From a virus (taxonomy: Duplodnaviria; Caudoviricetes): DNA of 57,130 nt. Location: positions 1 through 57,130 of the IMG/VR virus record IMGVR_UViG_3300021961_000119, one strand, 5' to 3'. Under the pieces are notes generated by a model that was not told the DNA's origin, did not search any database, and saw only the letters and a list, made by a program, of their open reading frames with translations. Shown here in pieces: positions 53,008 through 57,130 of the stretch (the first letter of the stretch is position 1; each line of letters begins with the position of its first letter). The position numbers and the translations under genes are program-made.

Positions 53008-53454
53008 TTAAACCACGAATTCGCGCAGTGCCACAAGTACGTCCTCGGTGCTACAGGCTTTTTTGTCGAGTCGCACACCGTATAAACTCCACTCGGCCCG
53101 AGTCCAGTCGTTGGTCGCCAGCTCCACGGCGTTGAACACGAAGACTTCGTCGCCCACTTGGACGAGGAGCCACGTGTTGCCGCCGTACGTTTTGTGCCGA
53201 ATCGCCCAATAGCGTTGGCCGGTGGTCCAGTGCGGAAGCTTGACGGTCGTGGTAGGCTTGACCGGGAAAGCGTCGAGGCATTTCAGTTCGATCCAGCCCG
53301 ACAGCGGGCGGTCGTCGGTGGCGGGTTGGGCCTTTGTGCTGAAGTACAGGTCCGGGGTGTCTTTTTTCACCCGGTTCTCGACGCGTTCGAGCATAGCCCG
53401 GTGGCCGATTTTGCGGACCAGCCAGTCGTAGAGCTTCTGTTCAGGCAGTCGCAC
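53008..53454 (-). CDS. PD-(D/E)XK nuclease (VRR-NUC / Holliday-junction-resolvase-like)
   Basis: E...RVEN...TPD...WIELK...Q..W. Confidence 0.8.
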   Translation of the reverse strand: MRLPEQKLYDWLVRKIGHRAMLERVENRVKKDTPDLYFSTKAQPATDDRPLSGWIELKCLDAFPVKPTTTVKLPHWTTGQRYWAIRHKTYGGNTWLLVQVGDEVFVFNAVELATNDWTRAEWSLYGVRLDKKACSTEDVLVALREFVV

Positions 53455-53554
53455 CGGACCTCCGCACTGTGCTCCGATACCTCTCGGAGGCCTTCCGTGG
53501 GGTCTTCCTTGCGTTGGAAGGTATAGTACCGGTATGGTAATAGCTTGGCATATC

Positions 53555-53767
53555 TCAAGCGTCTCCCGTGGGCTTCCGTAGGTTCTTCACGAAGATCGAG
53601 AAGGAAGCGGCGGTGTCGCCCATCGCGGTGAGCGCGGCGATTTTGTACGCGGCGTCGTCGAGGGCCTCTTGGTACGCGATGTCGTACACGTCGCCGATCA
53701 TTACTTGCAGTTCGGGCAGATCAGGGAAAGCCCGTTCCGCCATCGCTTGAATCGTCGCTTTGCTCAT
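53555..53767 (-). CDS. Hypothetical protein (70 aa)
   Basis: Start MSKATIQ; GDTAASF motif. Confidence 0.6.
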   Translation of the reverse strand: MSKATIQAMAERAFPDLPELQVMIGDVYDIAYQEALDDAAYKIAALTAMGDTAASFSIFVKNLRKPTGDA

Positions 53768-53876
53768 TCGGAAGCTCCCGGTTGATTTCGTGGATCGCCC
53801 ACAGTAGCGTGCCCACCCCGAGGGCGAGGAAGGCAAGCAGGACAAGGGTGGCGTCGGACATGCCACCGATTGTACA

Positions 53877-54308
53877 TCACGGAGCCTTGGCACGCAAGGC
53901 ATTGGCCAGCCGCATCGCGGCCACACCCGGGTTGGGGGCGTTGGTGAAGATGGCCGGGTCCACGCCGTATTTCGCGCACAGTCCGAGCCGCGCTTCGCTG
54001 GTTTTGTGCACGGCGAGGAGCTGGGCTACCAGATCCGGGGTCCGGGCGGGCTTCGGCGGGGTCGCCGGGGCCTTCCTTGGGGTCTCGGAGACGCTCGCCG
54101 CCCGGGGTTGGGCCTTAGGTACCGGGACGGGTCTCGGTGCCACGGGAAGCCTTCCGGTGGCCTTGCCGCCGACGATCGTGACGCCCGACTCGGTGGTGTA
54201 TTTCGTGCCGTTGGCACGGGCGTACTCGCCCTTTGCCCACCATGGCACGTAGTCGAGGTCCGCCACGGGACGGGGAGAGTGCTCGGTCAGTGGTGCGAAG
54301 TCGATCAT
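53877..54308 (-). CDS. Hypothetical protein (143 aa)
   Basis: GGAGAGG RBS; ends NPGVAAMRLANALR, resembling the end of 54978-55481 (NPGMQRMNLGNMIR). Confidence 0.7.
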   Translation of the reverse strand: MIDFAPLTEHSPRPVADLDYVPWWAKGEYARANGTKYTTESGVTIVGGKATGRLPVAPRPVPVPKAQPRAASVSETPRKAPATPPKPARTPDLVAQLLAVHKTSEARLGLCAKYGVDPAIFTNAPNPGVAAMRLANALRAKAP

Positions 54309-54580
54309 TGGTTCACCGCCTCTCCGATTTCTTCGATCGCGGACTCGACGTCGTCGATCGCGGACTCGAATGTGCTGTTGGCCGAATCGAACGCTTGCGC
54401 GATCTCTTCGATGCGCTGGCCGTTCTCGGACGCTTGGAGGCCTTCGGGCATGTTGTCGAAGCAGTCTTGCTCCTCGGTCGCGAGGTCTTGCAGGTTCTGC
54501 AGGGCGAAACGCAGGGCTTCGATCGCGGTTTGGGCGGCGAGCACTTCGGCTTCAATTTTGGCGCGGCGTTGCTTGTTCAT
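54305..54580 (-). CDS. Acidic helical early protein (91 aa)
   Basis: MNKQRR...EEQDCFDNMPEGLQ; promoter and RBS upstream. Confidence 0.8.
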   Translation of the reverse strand: MNKQRRAKIEAEVLAAQTAIEALRFALQNLQDLATEEQDCFDNMPEGLQASENGQRIEEIAQAFDSANSTFESAIDDVESAIEEIGEAVNQ

Positions 54581-54616
54581 GGTGTGTGTCCTCTATCTGT
54601 TGGTGTAAAAAGACGT

Positions 54617-54646
54617 ATTATAACACGGGTGCGGTACCTTTGTCAA
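54617..54646 (-). promoter_or_regulatory. sigma70-type promoter
   Basis: TTGACA-N18-TATAAT with extended -10. Confidence 0.85.
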
Positions 54647-54768
54647 TACCCCATTTTCCGCTGGGTGAACTGGACCCAGCATTTCGCACAGAGCCACCGG
54701 CCGGGACGGGTTTGGACCCCGCCTTCGGCCAGCCGCTCGGCTTGACATTTCGCGCAGAAGTGCGTCAT
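54643..54768 (-). CDS. Small zinc-finger protein (41 aa)
   Basis: MTHFCAKC...WLCAKC. Confidence 0.55.
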   Translation of the reverse strand: MTHFCAKCQAERLAEGGVQTRPGRWLCAKCWVQFTQRKMGY

Positions 54769-54769
54769 G

Positions 54770-54985
54770 TCAGCCCCGGAGGTTTTCGTCGAACCAACGG
54801 TCCAAGGCGCGGAACGCGAGCCAGCGGTCCACCTCTTGGCCGTCCTTCGTGGGATCGAACCACGCTTCCACCTTCGGGCCGTTGATTTCGGCGCGGAAGG
54901 CGATGCGTTGGCCGTCCAGTAGCATTTCACCCGTGAGGGTGGCCGAGTGCAAGCGCACCCGAACTTCTTTTTTGGTATCAGGCAT
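54770..54985 (-). CDS. Hypothetical protein (71 aa)
   Basis: AAGGAG RBS; overlaps the upstream stop. Confidence 0.65.
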   Translation of the reverse strand: MPDTKKEVRVRLHSATLTGEMLLDGQRIAFRAEINGPKVEAWFDPTKDGQEVDRWLAFRALDRWFDENLRG

Positions 54986-55481
54986 TTGCGGTCTCCTTGA
55001 GTGCTTTGCGGATCATGTTGCCGAGGTTCATGCGTTGCATGCCGGGGTTCAGGTGGGCGAAGCGATCGCGGAGGCCGACTTGGGAGATGCCGGTCGCGCT
55101 GGACGCTGTCGCGTACACGGCGTCGAGGGTCAGCTTGCGCAGTGTCAACGCCACGGTGTCGCCTTTGTCGATCGAACGCTTCTTCGTGCCGTCGGCCAAC
55201 TGGATGGCGTACGCGGTGTACTGGGGCAAGTAGAGCGGATCGACTTTGCCGTTTTTGCGCTCGTTGATGTCCATCTTGACGCGGGCAGTGGCGCGGGCCT
55301 TTGCGATCACGAGTTCGGCGGTCACTGGTGTGGCCTTAGTGATTGTCGTGTGGCCGGTCAACTCGCCGTTGCGGACCTTGATGGTCTTTTGCTGGCCGAT
55401 GGCGCGGATCGTGGTCCAGCCGCCGTTTACGGCGACGATTTCGACTTGGGTCTTAGTAGCTGTGCGTGTTGCGATTTTCAT
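54978..55481 (-). CDS. Basic early protein (167 aa)
   Basis: Promoter, leader hairpin and ATAGAGGACA RBS upstream. Confidence 0.8.
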   Translation of the reverse strand: MKIATRTATKTQVEIVAVNGGWTTIRAIGQQKTIKVRNGELTGHTTITKATPVTAELVIAKARATARVKMDINERKNGKVDPLYLPQYTAYAIQLADGTKKRSIDKGDTVALTLRKLTLDAVYATASSATGISQVGLRDRFAHLNPGMQRMNLGNMIRKALKETANA

Positions 55482-55517
55482 GGTGTGTCCTCTATAAGTT
55501 ATCGGTTGATTGGTTTA

Positions 55518-55539
55518 CTGGACCGTTTCATCAATCCAG
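55518..55539 (-). promoter_or_regulatory. Conserved 5'-leader hairpin, copy B
   Basis: CTGGATT-GATGAAAC-GGTCCAG. Confidence 0.5.
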
Positions 55540-55546
55540 AATCTGT

Positions 55547-55576
55547 ATTATAACACGGGAGCAATAGGTTTGTCAA
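55547..55576 (-). promoter_or_regulatory. sigma70-type promoter
   Basis: TTGACA-N18-TATAAT with extended -10. Confidence 0.85.
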
Positions 55577-55609
55577 TACCCCCCTCAAATGACCCTACTG
55601 GCGATAGGG

Positions 55610-55882
55610 TCATTCGGCCTTTCCCGAGGGATCGCGGATCGTGTCGACGTACTCTTGCACCCCGTCGGTCCATTCCTCTTGGGGCCAGTAGGCGAGGTAC
55701 CCTTTGCCGAGCTGGTCCACCATCGCGCCCACCTTGGGCAAGCCTTCGAGGTCCGAGCCTTGGTCCAGCTTGCACGCCACGCACCGGCGTCCGTACATGA
55801 AGCGGCCAGTGTAGGGGAAAGGTGTCAATTCGCGATTCGAGATCGCGTCGATCAGGTCAGCAGTGGTATTTAGAATCATCAT
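55610..55882 (-). CDS. Hypothetical protein (90 aa)
   Basis: YTGRFMYGRRC...DQLGKGY..YWP motif; ATGA overlap. Confidence 0.7.
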   Translation of the reverse strand: MMILNTTADLIDAISNRELTPFPYTGRFMYGRRCVACKLDQGSDLEGLPKVGAMVDQLGKGYLAYWPQEEWTDGVQEYVDTIRDPSGKAE

Positions 55883-56121
55883 GGGTAGGCCCTCATTGCT
55901 TTGAGTTCACGAGCGTTCTTATTGATCGCCATTTGGCGGTCGCGGATGGCGTCGATTTCGCACCACAGCTTCCGAGCGTACTCGGGGTCGCGGTCTTCGC
56001 CGACGGCCAGCATCGCGTCGTAGCAGTCGCGCAGGGCGCACTCGCACGAGTACAAGTCGGAATTGGCGAATTTGCGGCGAAAGAGGGCCGCGAGGTCAGT
56101 GTAAGAGATCGTGCGGTTCAT
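55879..56121 (-). CDS. Hypothetical protein (80 aa)
   Basis: Start MNRTISY behind GGAGGTG; TGATG overlap. Confidence 0.7.
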   Translation of the reverse strand: MNRTISYTDLAALFRRKFANSDLYSCECALRDCYDAMLAVGEDRDPEYARKLWCEIDAIRDRQMAINKNARELKAMRAYP

Positions 56122-56375
56122 CACTTCACCTCCGCACTGCCGGACATTTCGCCGTCCATGATGTCGAACAGCACAGCCTTTGCACGATTGAGCATTTGGC
56201 GGGCGGCCTCGGTCTGCCCCATGGCCATCAGCTCCTGCGCGTCGGACATCAGACCCGCGACGACCATGTTGCCGCCGGTGTAGCGGTAGGTGATCGACTC
56301 GCGAATGGAAGTCTTGAACGCTTCGATGTCGCAACCGTACATTGATTGCTCGACGCTGGTGTGGGTAGTCTGCAT
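56121..56375 (-). CDS. Early hypothetical protein (84 aa), variant of 108-365
   Basis: Shares EQSMYGCDIE, GGNMVVAGLMSDAQELM, LNRAKA. Confidence 0.85.
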   Translation of the reverse strand: MQTTHTSVEQSMYGCDIEAFKTSIRESITYRYTGGNMVVAGLMSDAQELMAMGQTEAARQMLNRAKAVLFDIMDGEMSGSAEVK

Positions 56376-56409
56376 TGTGTTGTCCTCTATGTGTTGTTGA
56401 AAAGGTTAT

Positions 56410-56439
56410 ATTATAACACAGGTGCTACAATCTTGTCAA
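56410..56439 (-). promoter_or_regulatory. sigma70-type promoter
   Basis: TTGACA-N18-TATAAT; counterpart of 400-429. Confidence 0.85.
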
Positions 56440-57130
56440 GTATCTTCACCAGTTCGCCCGTGCCGCCATTGCAAAAGCGCAGATTAGTGGCCTTGCGGTA
56501 TTTGTCCTGTACAGCGTGCGAAATGAACTTAGTCATTATCACCGTGTGCGCTCGAACGAGCTTAGGCTTGGTCACGGCTTCTTCGGCTGTGTAGAAGGTC
56601 AAGTCCAACCGGTCCCCCATCTCGGGCAAGACGACTTGGTAGGCCTGTGCCGGTAGCAGTCCGATCACCAGCACACCGGGTTTTGCCACGCCGGTGGGGT
56701 GCGGAATCGGCTGGGGGTTATGCTTCGGACGATTAACCACGATCTGCGGGGCGTTTTCCAGCATTTGCGTCGACATTCTATCTGCAACCCGGGCCGCCAC
56801 GGACTCGGCGACGACATCCAGCAGTAGCTCGAGTATATCCGCGAGCCTCGTCTTGGGGTCTTCCTTGCGCTCGGGCGCGGGGGTCGGGGCTAGTATAGGG
56901 GCAGGGACCCCGAGAGCCTCTCGGAACGTCTTCTTCGATTCCTGTAGAGCCTTTTGCCGAGCGATCTCGATCCGGTCTTTGTAGTTGAATACGCGCTGGT
57001 CAGTGACCTTTATCCAGCGGCTGGCATTGAGCACGGTCTGCGCTTCGCGCAGTGCGTCTTTGCGGGAGATATTGGGGCGATGGCGAAAGACTTGCTCCAT
57101 GCGAGCGAAGATCGCGCCTTTTTCTATGTG
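56411..57130 (-). CDS. Variant of 426-1196, 5'-truncated by the window edge
   Basis: Frame stays open to the edge (HIEKGAIFARM vs NIEKGAVFAAM). Confidence 0.8.
   Translation of the reverse strand, partial: HIEKGAIFARMEQVFRHRPNISRKDALREAQTVLNASRWIKVTDQRVFNYKDRIEIARQKALQESKKTFREALGVPAPILAPTPAPERKEDPKTRLADILELLLDVVAESVAARVADRMSTQMLENAPQIVVNRPKHNPQPIPHPTGVAKPGVLVIGLLPAQAYQVVLPEMGDRLDLTFYTAEEAVTKPKLVRAHTVIMTKFISHAVQDKYRKATNLRFCNGGTGELVKILDKIVAPVL

Larger units (their letters stand above)
56014..57130. repeat. Right copy of diverged terminal overlap
   Basis: Collinear with 1-~1175. Confidence 0.9.

Noticed and set aside
55518-55539. Hammerhead ribozyme (TGATGA/GAAAC-like words)
   Set aside because: The core words are adjacent in a single loop; the three-stem architecture is absent
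1-57130. Prophage features, tRNA genes, introns or inteins
   Set aside because: No integrase, repressor, host flanks or cloverleaf seen; polymerase, helicases and TerL look uninterrupted. A tRNA/ncRNA scan was not run

Overview
This window looks like an essentially complete (~56 kb) lytic tailed-phage genome, probably podovirus-like, with every credible gene on the minus strand. The contig ends overlap as two diverged versions of the same ~1.1 kb. The clearest system is a compact 2-aminoadenine (Z-base) operon under its own promoter (10163-10191): small SSB-like gene, family A polymerase with DpoZ-type substitutions, purZ (GSTGKG), MazG-like mazZ, a 71-aa ORF, datZ, and a stand-alone NrdR-type zinc ribbon. 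The phage therefore very probably replaces A with Z in its DNA. Directly downstream is a separately promoted unit that I cannot assign to a known pathway: an intact Zn-dependent HDAC-family deacetylase, a 415-aa protein with a weak GNAT-like segment and a motif shared with virion proteins, and a DUF6378-like protein. Other notable features: two ~240-bp iteron/hairpin elements in inverted orientation bracketing the morphogenesis module; about ten near-perfect sigma70 promoters, several embedded in gene ends; a recurrent hydrophobic-x-x-Gly-Gly peptide motif in head/virion-region proteins; and a possible Acb2/Tad1-like anti-defence protein. All assignments come from reading motifs by eye; no database searches were run.
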